From Savitreella phatthalungensis (taxonomy: Eukaryota): a stretch of DNA of 64,000 bases. This document shows positions 43,046-53,834 of the stretch, one piece after another (the first letter of the stretch is position 1; the number at the start of each line of letters is the position of its first letter). A model generated the notes under the pieces. It saw only the letters and a program-made list of their open reading frames with translations, had not been told where the DNA came from and ran no database searches. Position numbers and translations under genes: made by a program. The stretch spans positions 124,001 to 188,000 of the forward strand of contig AP039712.1 of the NCBI GenBank assembly GCA_051599415.1, written 5' to 3'.

Positions 43046-45349
43046 TCATGATGATGATTCGCGCGCTTGACGACGCTTGTGGGCCAGGAATGCTGCAGAG
43101 TGGCCTACCACCATGCCTTCCCAGCCTGCAGGGTCGACTGGGTCGAGTGGTGGCGTAGGGAACCAGAGTACTCTGTGCTTTGCGTCTGTGGCGAGGTGTG
43201 TGGTGGCTGAAGGGGAGAGGCCGAGTGCGCCGATGGGGAATGCATAGGCCGGTGCGTGGACGCGTGAGCCGAGCGAGTACAGGCGGTTGATGCTCTGTGG
43301 GGGCTGAGGGACCGGCGGAAGGTGGTGGAAACCGGTAGTCCCGCGAAGCAGGCTGTTGGCAGAAGCACTCGCAAGTGTCGGCTTGCCACCACCACCACCA
43401 CCGCCTGTGCTCGTGCTGATGCCTGAGCTAGGAGGCACGCCGCCCATGGAAACCGAGGGTGAAGAGGCAGCAAATGTGTTTACAAATTCACCGCCACGAG
43501 GAGTGCCACCGCCAGCCATCGGAGATCCGCTCATTCCTTGCCCGGCCACACCTACAGCAAATGTCGGCGTCCGCCCGGGCATGATTGGCGTGGTATGTGA
43601 CGGTGGAGGAACCTTGACTGCCGTGGCGGTTGGGAAGTCGATAGGGTTCAGAACTTGCGGCATCGGCACGTTTGGGCCCGGTGCAGGAGCGAGGACAATG
43701 TTGGCGTTGGAAGAGGTGCGCTCGGTAATGCGAGGGAGTGTGGGAGCGTCGCTCTTCGGCGGTTGCGGGACCTCGATGATTGCGGTGATGATGATGTTGC
43801 CGACCTTGGGCGGACCTGAGGGCGATCCAGGCTCCTCAGGCATCGGTGTCGGCTCTTCAGGACGCTCAATCCATTTCGCCTTGTCCTTCGGCATCAGGTA
43901 CATGAGCGGCGAGGGTATTCTCCGTGGCTCGAACATGTACTCAAATAGCTTGACTTCATATGTCGCACACTCCTCCCGACGCTCCTCCGGTACGCAGCTC
44001 CGCCAGCTCTTAATCTTGATAAATTGCCGTGTCTCCTCCACGTATCGAGATTCGCACACCCACAAGTCCTTCTCCTCACCATGCCAGGCCACCGGTCGTC
44101 CGCGCACGTACCTGGTTGCGTGCATCACGTAGCAGCGACCGACGATCTCATCGGCAGCGTGATCGCGGTACTGTGCTGTCTTGACAATCTCCTTGTGTAC
44201 CCATGGCCGATCTGCTCTGTGTACGGTCTGCTCAGGGCGATAGTACCAGCATGTGTGAATCATCGGTTTTCTAGGACTCGCGCTTCCGAGCGCAGCTCCC
44301 GAGGAACTCGAAGGCTCCCAGATTCGGAAAATCTGTGCGATGATCGGTTTGCGAGAGTCGTTCGGGTTCTTCAGATAGACCCAGTCGCCAATCTTGTAGA
44401 CCTCCCCGGTAATGGTGACCTGCTCGAGAGGCACTTGCCCTTCGACCTTGTCGGCCACGGGCTCTTCTGAAGTTTCGGCATCAGCCTCGACCTCATCGCC
44501 GAGCATCTCGTCCAACGCCTTGAGCAGCATCGTCGCATCCTTGTGAATTTGCGACGTGTCCTCGTTGTAAATGTGGGCGTTATGGAAGACCTGTCTGAGA
44601 TCGGCTGCAAAGGCAGCCAAGTCAGTGTAAGCCTTCGACTTGAGCTTTCGTGAGACGGTCTCAAGTGACATGGGCAGCTTGATTATGTCATAATAGTCCG
44701 GATAATCCTTCCTGTCCGGAAGCTCCTCGAACACTCTGGCGAGCTGTCTGCCCTTCGACTCGAATTTGCGGATGTCCCGTAGAATCTGCTTGGCGCGTAG
44801 CTCGAGCGACTTGCCGCGCTTGTTGCGCGCAGGATCGCCGGAGCCTTCGTCGTCGTCGGAGGGAGCCTCACGCTTTGCAGGGATTGCAGCAGAAGTCTCC
44901 TCTTCAACAACTCGAGCTCCTTCACCGGCTCTAGCCTCCTCGGGAGGTCCGATCTCTGGCAGCTGCGACACGTCAACCCACCCGCGAGCTTTCAACTCTA
45001 CAAGCGCCTTATTGACAGCGTCCTCGATCGCTTTGACATCCTTGACGATGAGGGAGCCTGGCATGTTGTAGTGACGCGCGTTCCAGAAGATTCTCCCTAG
45101 ATCTTTGAGAAACGGTGTGATGGACGTATACTCGTTCTCACTCCGCTTTGTCTCGATCATATCAAGTGCCATCGGCTCCTTGATGATGTCGTAGTAGTCT
45201 GGTAAGTCTTTCTGAGGCGGTAACTCTTCGAAAGCGGCCGCTCTATCCCTGCCTTTGTCTGAGCATGCCCTTACAGCAGCAAGGATGTCTGTGATGGCTC
45301 CATTCAGCTGAGCATCACCTCCAGATCCTACTTTGACGCGTATCCGCAT
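43046..45349 (-). CDS. RSC1: RSC complex subunit Rsc1/Rsc2 (two bromodomains + BAH)
   Basis: Two PDYYDIIK.PM.L bromodomains; BAH YKIGDWVYL.NPND..KPIIAQIFRIW, CWYYRPEQTVH; LWFPTPP tail. Confidence 0.92.
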   Translation of the reverse strand: MRIRVKVGSGGDAQLNGAITDILAAVRACSDKGRDRAAAFEELPPQKDLPDYYDIIKEPMALDMIETKRSENEYTSITPFLKDLGRIFWNARHYNMPGSLIVKDVKAIEDAVNKALVELKARGWVDVSQLPEIGPPEEARAGEGARVVEEETSAAIPAKREAPSDDDEGSGDPARNKRGKSLELRAKQILRDIRKFESKGRQLARVFEELPDRKDYPDYYDIIKLPMSLETVSRKLKSKAYTDLAAFAADLRQVFHNAHIYNEDTSQIHKDATMLLKALDEMLGDEVEADAETSEEPVADKVEGQVPLEQVTITGEVYKIGDWVYLKNPNDSRKPIIAQIFRIWEPSSSSGAALGSASPRKPMIHTCWYYRPEQTVHRADRPWVHKEIVKTAQYRDHAADEIVGRCYVMHATRYVRGRPVAWHGEEKDLWVCESRYVEETRQFIKIKSWRSCVPEERREECATYEVKLFEYMFEPRRIPSPLMYLMPKDKAKWIERPEEPTPMPEEPGSPSGPPKVGNIIITAIIEVPQPPKSDAPTLPRITERTSSNANIVLAPAPGPNVPMPQVLNPIDFPTATAVKVPPPSHTTPIMPGRTPTFAVGVAGQGMSGSPMAGGGTPRGGEFVNTFAASSPSVSMGGVPPSSGISTSTGGGGGGGKPTLASASANSLLRGTTGFHHLPPVPQPPQSINRLYSLGSRVHAPAYAFPIGALGLSPSATTHLATDAKHRVLWFPTPPLDPVDPAGWEGMVVGHSAAFLAHKRRQARESSS

Positions 45350-45680
45350 CTTCAAAGAAGCCTGACACTCGTTCTTCTAACCAAGTGTGAGTATATAGAG
45401 TAAGTGTACACTACCTTTGATATGTGCTTCAATATGTCTTTGGGTACGTGATCATGTTTTCTTCCACTTCCAAGGTGAACCAGTGACTCAATAGGTTCAA
45501 TGCACAAAAGTACAGAACGGCGTCAACGTCATCATCATCAACACACACCTCCTCTCCATCATCCTTCCAGCTCTGGAGGATCTGCTCTTCAGCCTGCTCT
45601 GCAGTCTATACTCCGGTGCCCACTCTAGCAACTGATCTGTCGTTGTCTGAAGAGAGTCATCTGGAGAAGGACGATAGACG

Positions 45681-47175
45681 ATGGCGCCAAGGCTGCTTGC
45701 AGTCGGCATCGTCGTCGCTCTAATCACGTCCTTCGTCCAGTCATTAGGTCTGACACTTCAGCGCAAAGCTCAGTAAGTTTCTATTGCCCTACCATCTCTG
45801 CTTTTCACGCATGCTCGGTCTCCGCAGGATACTAACCTCCTCCAGTGTCTCCCAAGGAGACCAGACATGGACGTGGCGGACTGGCTTCATCATCTTCATC
45901 CTGGCGAACCTCTTTGGCTCAACAGTCCAGATCGCTGCATTACCTCTGGCTATTCTAGCTCCATTGCATGCAGTCGGACTCGTCTATAACGCTATTCTGG
46001 CCACATGGATGCTGGGCGAGCCGTTCACATACCTCGCTTGGGCAGGCACGTTGCTTGTGGCTGTTGGGGCATCGCTCATTGCTGTGTTTGGCGCCATTGA
46101 GGAGCCAACGCACTCCCTCGAGCAGCTGCTTCACCTGTTTGTCGGCCCGGGCTTTCTCACCTGGATGTCGTTCCAGGCTGTGCTGATTCTGGCTATCGTG
46201 GCGGGCGTCTCGTTCGTGTCCAGAACAGCACACGGAAAGACGGAACACAGCCGGCGCGCTCAGGGAGCAGCATTGGGCATTCTCGCTGGTATCCTCGCCT
46301 CCCACTGCCTCCTTCTCGCAAAGCTCACAGTTGAGCTCCTCGTCAAGACATTCGGCGAGGGGGACAATCAGTTCAAGTCCGTCAAGGCGTTCGTCATCCC
46401 AGCTGTTTTTGTGAGTGGAGCACTAGCTCAGCTGTACTACCTCAATCGGGGGCTACGCATGTGCTCGACCTCGATTCTATACCCGCTCAACTTCAGCATA
46501 TACAACATCACCACGATCGTTGACGGCATCGTTTACTACGGCGAAGGGAAACAGCTCAACGGACTACATATCGGTCTGATCGTTTTGGGCATCGCGCTGT
46601 TGTTGACAGGAGTCGCGGGACTCTCGTGGAAGCTGACTCACTCGGCCCACGAAGGCGTGCACGACACATGTGACTCCAGCGATGATGAAGACGATATTGC
46701 CGCAGGCTTACAGCTGTCTATTCCAGGTCTCTACGACCTACCGGCTCCAGCATGGCACTCGCCAAAATCCCCACGCTCACACCGGCGGCAGAGCTCTGCC
46801 GACCCGTGGGACAGGATGGGTCATTCCGGCAGACGTGTACGTTCCGGGGGCAGTCGCGAGGAGAGTGTATCACCACCGGATCGACGTAGTCCGAGCCCGA
46901 CTGAGGCTTCCACTCGCGGACGCAGAGTCAGGCAAAATTCAGACCCACATCTGGGCGTCGCTACGGAGCGCACAGGTCTTCTAGCCAGGGACTCGCTCGT
47001 GCGACACTCCATCGCGGCACCATCACGTCGTGCCGCTCAACCTCCACCAGACAACACCCCTATCAGACATCTGAAGGGAGTTTGGCAGAGGCTAGTGTCC
47101 GGCCAGCAGGTCCATCTCGAAGAGGAGGAGAACGAGGACGGCGCAGGACAAGAACGCCAATCGACTTCGCGATGA
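45681..47175 (+). CDS. NIPA-family Mg2+ transporter-like membrane protein; exons 45681-45772 and 45846-47175
   Basis: QSLGLTLQRKAH, GSTVQI.ALPL.ILAPL.A.GLVYN, QLYYLNRGL..CSTSILYP; 73-nt intron GTAAGT..ACTAAC..CAG. Confidence 0.88.
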
Positions 47176-47304
47176 GACCAGACGAGACCAAACGGGAGAC
47201 GAGATTGTCATGCGCCTACCGGTAGATGTACTTCCTTGGATCTCCCTCACCGCCCCTTACACTTTCATGAAAATGCATAGCTCGTTACAGACCGTCCTAC
47301 TCTA

Positions 47305-48801
47305 CTACGCGGCCAGCTCATATCTGCTGTTGTCGACGTCGTCGTCATCGTCGTTGTCATCATCATCATTGTCATCCTGTAGTCGATTCCAGGTCGCATC
47401 GCCGTGAGTTGTCTTGAACCACTTGCCTCGGGATGACTCCATGGGTCCGCTGAGCAGCTCCGTCCCGTGACCACTGTGCTTCTTGAAGACGAGATCAATG
47501 TCACCAGACAAGACATTCCGCGGAAACCCTTGACGTGCGCGATCAGCGTCCTCTGCCCTGTCGCGCTTCATCTGCTCTTCCTTCGCAGCGGCTGCAGCGG
47601 CTTCGTCATCGCGAAGCGATCTGTCCACATCCTCTGCGCGAGTCTCCCGACCGAGCTTCCCGCCATCGTTCAATCCGATGCGCTGCTTGCCAGCCGTCGC
47701 CTTGCCGGACAGGTCGATGCGGAGCACGCGTGTGCCGCGATTGGCGTCGACCTCACGAGCTTTTTGATCAGCCAGGTGTCTGCGGAGCGCGAGTGCGCGG
47801 TCCTGCGGGGACACCCATCGATCGCTAGCGGTCGCAGCGTCCCGGTCGAAGTCGGACGCGCGATCGACCACAGTTCTCCGGGCACCCGACCGGACATGCT
47901 GTAGCAGATCATCCTTGCGCTTCTGTGCGGCGTCCGCCTTCTCCCGAACGGTCTCCTCATCAAGCGAAGCGGTAGTGCCAAAGTTAGCGCCCACCTTGCC
48001 ACTGTACGCCATGCTCCCTGGAACGCCGGCACCGCGAGGCATGCTGCCAGCGGCGGCCTTGCGCCGCACCTGCTTCGCAGCAGCCTGAGCAGCACCACGC
48101 TCCCGACGAAGCTCAGCAAGCATCGCGCGCGTAGCGTCAACGCTCATCAGCTCACTCCCACAGAACGAGCACCGGATTGGAGACTCCAGTGCGCAAATCA
48201 CCTTCCCGCATGACAAGCAATTAGGACTCACAGTGTTGAGGCCGTGTCGTTGAGCAGCACAATCACATCGGATGGCGGCGTGCTCGTCATCGCCATTGGC
48301 CGTCGATGAGGTTTTGTCTGTGAGCTCGAGCTCGCGGATGGCTGCGTCGATCTCTGACAAAGCATCGACTTTCCGTGTGGGCTGGGTTGTTGTTCGAGCT
48401 TTCTTCTTACCGAGCTCACTGGTCATCGTCCCTGCAGTGTTGCCGACAGGTAACGGGGCAGGGTCGGCATTTGAAGATCCCTTCTGTGGCTGTAGCTGTT
48501 GATGTTGCTGCGACTGCGAGTGCTTTGACCGCTGACCAGATGCCTTTGATGCCGAGGCAGGCACATGGACTCGGTCATTGGCTTTCGGAGCAGTGTACCG
48601 TCTGGAGCAGAACTCCGAGATGAATGTTAGCGCTGGAGGATCCATTCCCAGTAACCCAGTAAGCAGCTCCGCACATTCATCCGACGATGGTTGAGAAGAC
48701 GCAGCCCTGATCAGCTCAGAGACCTGGACGTCATCCATATAAGGTGCAAGCGTCCTTAGGTGATGCGTCGCCCATCGGGTCAAGGCAACCTCCCCTGTCA
48801 T
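47305..48801 (-). CDS. RQT4: C2HC5 zinc-finger protein Rqt4/ASC-1 (TRIP4)
   Basis: CDCAAQRH.L....NCLSCGKVICALE....CSFCG; A..RKD.LL..., RTVVD.ASDF, RWVSP. Confidence 0.88.
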   Translation of the reverse strand: MTGEVALTRWATHHLRTLAPYMDDVQVSELIRAASSQPSSDECAELLTGLLGMDPPALTFISEFCSRRYTAPKANDRVHVPASASKASGQRSKHSQSQQHQQLQPQKGSSNADPAPLPVGNTAGTMTSELGKKKARTTTQPTRKVDALSEIDAAIRELELTDKTSSTANGDDEHAAIRCDCAAQRHGLNTVSPNCLSCGKVICALESPIRCSFCGSELMSVDATRAMLAELRRERGAAQAAAKQVRRKAAAGSMPRGAGVPGSMAYSGKVGANFGTTASLDEETVREKADAAQKRKDDLLQHVRSGARRTVVDRASDFDRDAATASDRWVSPQDRALALRRHLADQKAREVDANRGTRVLRIDLSGKATAGKQRIGLNDGGKLGRETRAEDVDRSLRDDEAAAAAAKEEQMKRDRAEDADRARQGFPRNVLSGDIDLVFKKHSGHGTELLSGPMESSRGKWFKTTHGDATWNRLQDDNDDDDNDDDDDVDNSRYELAA

Positions 48802-49129
48802 CCTTTACAGACTACAGTATTCAGACTTCAGTCTTCCCCCTTGACGTTCAAACTTCAACCTGCGACAGACTTCAGACCCTCACCGGGAGACTCGGAGCTG
48901 AAAGGTATGTTTTGAGTGACTTTTATCTCCTCACGCGACGCGGCAATTGTCCTGTGTGCGTCATTAACAGCGCGTTCAGTTTTTGTCGTCTTCGACGTCA
49001 CCACAACATCCTCTATATATACCGTCACCATCACCTGCTCATCTATCCAAAAGCGAACAGCAGGACTCTTCACCTGAGCCAAAGTTCCCCTGCTCAGAGT
49101 CGCTGGACGACATCACCACTGTATCTATC

Positions 49130-50182
49130 ATGTCTCTACCATCAATCCCGAACGTTACAAGACTAGCGCCGAATGTCATCCGTATCCTCGGGCAGAATGG
49201 ACCATCGCAGTTCGTCCTTCAGGGAACAAACACCTATCTCATCGGTACAGGAAACGAGCGCATACTCCTTGACACTGCGGAAGGTCATGATGAGTATGTA
49301 TCCTTGCTCAAGGAAGTACTCGAGGATGAAAAGTGTACCATCTCCACCATCCTCCTCTCGCACTGGCATCATGACCACGTTGAAGGTCTTCCTTCAGTCA
49401 GGCAGCTTCTCAAGGATCTCGGACATCAGCAGCCCATCAGAGTCCTCAAGTTCCCTCATGAGACTGACGAGCAGGACTGGGAGCATCTGAAAGATGGAGA
49501 GGTTGTCGAGGTGCAAGGTGCATCGATGAAAGCTGTCCACACGCCGGGCCATACAGTAGACCATTTGGCGTTTATGCTTGGGAGTGCAAGCTCCACAGAC
49601 TCGATTCTCTTCACCGCTGATCATATCCTTGGTGGCTCGACCTCGATCTTCGAGGATTTAGGCGTGTACATGGCTTCTCTGCGGAAAGTGCAGGCGCTTA
49701 AGCCTGGAAAGCTGTTCCCCGGGCACGGCGAAGTGATGGAGCAAGGCACTCGCATCATCGATCACTACATCACCCACAGACAGGCTCGTGAGGACCAGAT
49801 CGTCCACACACTCGCTGAAGAAACCGACGGGAAAGCCATCACCAGCATGGGCATTGTCAAAATCGTATACAAGGACGTTCGCGAAGATCTGCACTTGGCA
49901 GCGGTAAGTTTCCCTTACGACACAAGTCAAACAATCAGATCTGCAGGTGTGCTAAGCTCTCTGACGGGGAGCTTCAGACCCGTGCAGATCTGATTGACAT
50001 CGTAGTGACTGAAGACTGACCAGAAACAGGAGCGCGGTGTCATTCAGCATCTCGACAAGCTTATCAGCGAGGGTCGCGTGGAGAAGCGTGGTGAAGCTTA
50101 CGTTTTGCTTGCAGGAGCAGCAGGAGACGCCACCAGCAGTAGTACATCCCAGAACAAGTCAAAATCCTCTGGAAAGATTTGA
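49130..50182 (+). CDS. LACTB2-like metallo-beta-lactamase-fold protein; exons 49130-49903 and 50030-50182
   Basis: LQGTNTYLIGTG, LSHWHHDH, HTPGHTVDH, FTADHILG, FPGHG, YITHRQAREDQI; spliced winged-helix tail AAERGVIQHLDKL..EGRV. Confidence 0.9.
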
Positions 50183-51564
50183 GCTTCTCCCATGCTCAGA
50201 CCCTAGCCTTTGTGCGGAATCTCGGGTTTCTCTAGTATCCGGTCGGTCAGGTCGGCGAGATCTTCTGTCGTTGATTCCAGATCATGTACTTCTGTCGGAC
50301 TATCATTTCTCGGGAAGGATATCCAAGCGACGCTAAGCGACATTGCACTGCCATTCAGTCACGTCTGCCGCTCGCCAATCTCGCATCAGAGCTGCCAATA
50401 ATAGCACTTGCCGCATGCAAAACAGTCACGCCCTGCGTCAGATGACACGATCGACACGGCTCATGGTGACCAACTCATTGACCGCGTCCTGCTATGAGTT
50501 GGTCCCAGAGCCTTGGAGCAAGACGCCTCGTCTCATGCTCGCTACCAAGGTACGACGCATGAAACGTGTCAAGCTAAAGCGCAGCGTCAGCGTCAGATCC
50601 CATCTGGATGACCAACTGCAAGATCTGAAGTGCAGATCTATCTGAACCGCATCCTGTCGCGCAGCGCCGCATCGCATTACATCACTTAGCTTTGCGACGC
50701 ATCCGAACCGGCATACTCGAACGAGCAGAGGGTTGAGAACTGGCAATGACAGTGGCAGTGACAGACGCGCAATCTTGGAAGCACCGGGGCCGAAGAAGGA
50801 GAAGAGGCAAAAGAAGAAACAACGCATGGCCGAGACGCGTGTCCATGCCTGGTGTCTCAGAAGGATCTTTTCGTCATGTTATCTCTTCCAGGAACATACC
50901 AACTGGAAATTGAACAGGGGAGGGGACCGATGCGAATACGAATCACTTCAGCTGCATGCGCGTCAGCAGCTCTCGTCCCCACGCAGTACCCAGAGGTCTA
51001 CAGCTCAGACTCACAGACACCTTCCGAGTCGCCAGTCCCAAGCTACAAGCTGTAATCTACAAGTCACGAGCCTATGAAGTGGAAAGATGCAAGTTCTGAA
51101 CTATACGAGGAACGACGTCCTACTGTCGCCGTTTTGAAAAGGGTCTCTTAGGAAGTCTGTATCTCCAGTCGGCCATCTACGATCTCAAGACACACGCGCA
51201 CGCAGAGTACGCGCGCGCGTGCGCCTCCTTGGCTCGTTTTCCTCAAATGACCGCTCTCTGCTCTGCTGACAATTACGGACACATCGTCGACTTCTCTGCC
51301 CACAGGTCGAAAATCTGCACATTGCAGCCCGTCACCGAGGTCAGGAGTCTTACACGGAACTCCTCGTATTTCGAAGGGAAACCGAAGGGAGCAGCGGCAA
51401 GCGCATTCGCGGAATTGCTCCGCTCCAAGGCTCCGTCGTCCGGACTTTTTACACCTATTTAAAGAGTCCTCACTACCAGCACTTTGCCTTCACCATCATC
51501 TCCGTCGTCGTCATCTTTAGCTGCTGCGTCAAGATCTACACCTGTCTCATTAGCTCGTCCGAAG

Positions 51565-53715
51565 ATGCATTATCAGGTAATCGGTCATGTACTCGTGATG
51601 CTGCTGACAGCGGCTCCACCGCTCGTCAGTGCGCAGCAAGTTACACTTGCAATTCCTTCGCCAGTCGACCAGGTCATTGGAGCAACACTTCGCATCACTG
51701 GCCCAGTCGTCCCGACCTCTTCAACGACTGTCACGCCGTCCGTCTTCGTGAATTCGGGTGCACGTGCCTCGGGACTTCGCTCAAACAGACTGGCAAATTC
51801 ATCGGGATCTAGCCTGACGGGTGCCAGTGCACCTACTACATTCATTAGCAGTTCAACGCCAGCGTCCAGCTCTACACCGGCGACTCCGGGATCCACACTG
51901 ACTCCAACCAACACGACCATTCCCACACAGTGGGAGTATCTCTATGTGAGCGCGGGCCAAGTCAGCTACACGTGCACCGTTAATCGCAACTCCGGTCTTA
52001 TCAATGGAACGTGGCCAGGACCACAGCTGCGGCTGAAGAGTGGCGTCCGAACCATCATCCGCGTCTACAATCAAGATCCAGGCTACAACCTTACGATCCA
52101 CTGGCATGGTCTTGCACAAAAGGTCTCTCCCTGGGCAGACGGGGTGCCGCATGTGACCCAGTGGCCAATTCCACCAAACAATTTCTTCGACTACGAGATG
52201 CTGTTAGGTCAAGAAGATGAAGGGTCTTTCTGGTACCACTCGCATGTCGGCCCACTTTCGACGGTGTTTGGGACCATCATTGTCGAGCCACAGACGCCCT
52301 GCGACACGTCTCCAGCGCCGAAAGATATTTTCATCTCATTATCAGACATCTACCTGGCTGAAGATCGCGCGGTCGAGCTTGGCTTCTCGGGATCGCCGAT
52401 CGCCCCACCTGGATCCACGGTCATCTTCGTCGATGGCAAGCGAGCGGGCGCTGCTCCTGGCGCGTCCGATGCGACGTGCAACACAACCTACCCTGTGTTT
52501 GACGTCGACTTTGACACGGACTATCGGTTCCGGTGGGTTTCCACAGGCGAGCTGTTCTACTACAACGTCGAAATCCAAGGACATGTGCAGACGGTGATCG
52601 AGACTGACGGAACTGCAGTCGCACCGCTCAACCTCACGCGGATCGAGCTCGGACCTGGCCAGCGCTACTCCTCACTCGTCCACACCAAGACACAGGCAGA
52701 AGTGGACACGGATGGACAAGGTGGATTGTATCTCGCAAAGGTCGTCAACATGTGGCGCACTCCGACGCTCGAGACGTGGTTCGTCCTGCGATACACTTCC
52801 ACGCCGAGCACTGGCTCATACTACATCGACCTTACAGCGGGCCAATTGTACACGAAGTCCGTGGACGACGTCAAAGCAACCTTACTAAACCCCAACCAGA
52901 CCGTCGACTGGGACTCGCGCTTCTCACCTCGCGTCGCAGCTGGCCCGCCAGACAATCCTAACCAGCTCACGATCGTACTAAATGTTCAGCAGCATGTGTT
53001 CGCGGATGGGCACATCCGGTACGAGATCAATGGTAAAACGCACAATGAGTCTCAGCCCGGCGTGCCGTGGCTCGTGCAGGCTTATCGTGGCGACAAGGTG
53101 GTAGACGCGAATGTGGCACAGGGATACGATCCCCAGTCAGATGTATACGTACTCCAGCCCGGAGACATTGTCGACATCATCATCGAACTCGACAACCGCT
53201 TACTGCCGAACGGCAGTATTCAGGAAGCGGCAGAATTTCATCCGTGGCACTTTCACTCGCGGAAATTCTTCCTAATGGGTCGAGGCGCAGGAACCTTCGA
53301 TGAGGCAACGTACTGGTCCGGCGGGTATCCTCTCTACGGCGCACCCTACCGGCGGGACACCGTAGGGTTGTTCCCACAGCAGGCTGGCGCAGGGACCAAG
53401 TGGGGTTGGACTGCATTGCGATGGGTCGCGACGCCATTCATCATGCTCGGTCACTGCCACCTGTCACCACACCTCGCAGCACTCGGCATGGGCGTCGTCT
53501 TCGTCGTCGGACCACAATTCCTACCAAATCTCATCGACACGTACGTCAAGGGTGGCTACCTCGACTACGGAGGAGAACCCTACGGTAACGACACCTGGAC
53601 TCCATCGCCGCCATCGTGGTTCACACCAGACGGACCAGGCCAAGAAGCAGTCACAGCACTAGAGAGACAATTAGACGCGGGTGACACCGTCGGGGGCTGT
53701 TCGCCAAATCAGTAG
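51565..53715 (+). CDS. Secreted multicopper oxidase (laccase/ascorbate oxidase-like) with an S/T-rich N-terminal linker
   Basis: Signal peptide; TIHWHG, WADG...TQWPIPP, GSFWYHSH, HPWHFH, RRDT, HCHLSPH; TATTTAAA at ~51456. Confidence 0.92.
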   Translation: MHYQVIGHVLVMLLTAAPPLVSAQQVTLAIPSPVDQVIGATLRITGPVVPTSSTTVTPSVFVNSGARASGLRSNRLANSSGSSLTGASAPTTFISSSTPASSSTPATPGSTLTPTNTTIPTQWEYLYVSAGQVSYTCTVNRNSGLINGTWPGPQLRLKSGVRTIIRVYNQDPGYNLTIHWHGLAQKVSPWADGVPHVTQWPIPPNNFFDYEMLLGQEDEGSFWYHSHVGPLSTVFGTIIVEPQTPCDTSPAPKDIFISLSDIYLAEDRAVELGFSGSPIAPPGSTVIFVDGKRAGAAPGASDATCNTTYPVFDVDFDTDYRFRWVSTGELFYYNVEIQGHVQTVIETDGTAVAPLNLTRIELGPGQRYSSLVHTKTQAEVDTDGQGGLYLAKVVNMWRTPTLETWFVLRYTSTPSTGSYYIDLTAGQLYTKSVDDVKATLLNPNQTVDWDSRFSPRVAAGPPDNPNQLTIVLNVQQHVFADGHIRYEINGKTHNESQPGVPWLVQAYRGDKVVDANVAQGYDPQSDVYVLQPGDIVDIIIELDNRLLPNGSIQEAAEFHPWHFHSRKFFLMGRGAGTFDEATYWSGGYPLYGAPYRRDTVGLFPQQAGAGTKWGWTALRWVATPFIMLGHCHLSPHLAALGMGVVFVVGPQFLPNLIDTYVKGGYLDYGGEPYGNDTWTPSPPSWFTPDGPGQEAVTALERQLDAGDTVGGCSPNQ

Positions 53716-53834
53716 ACCCATCCGACAAAAACGAGCGGTAGCAATGATACTCAAACATTCTTGACGAGGGACATTCATCGCATGTGAGTGCATCCGTATA
53801 TGTGTGCATGTTTGCGTATTTTCTAGGACTCCGG

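Noticed and set aside
50210..51077. Several 60-115 aa ORFs between the LACTB2-like gene and the multicopper oxidase
   Set aside because: No codon bias, motifs or coherent splice model.
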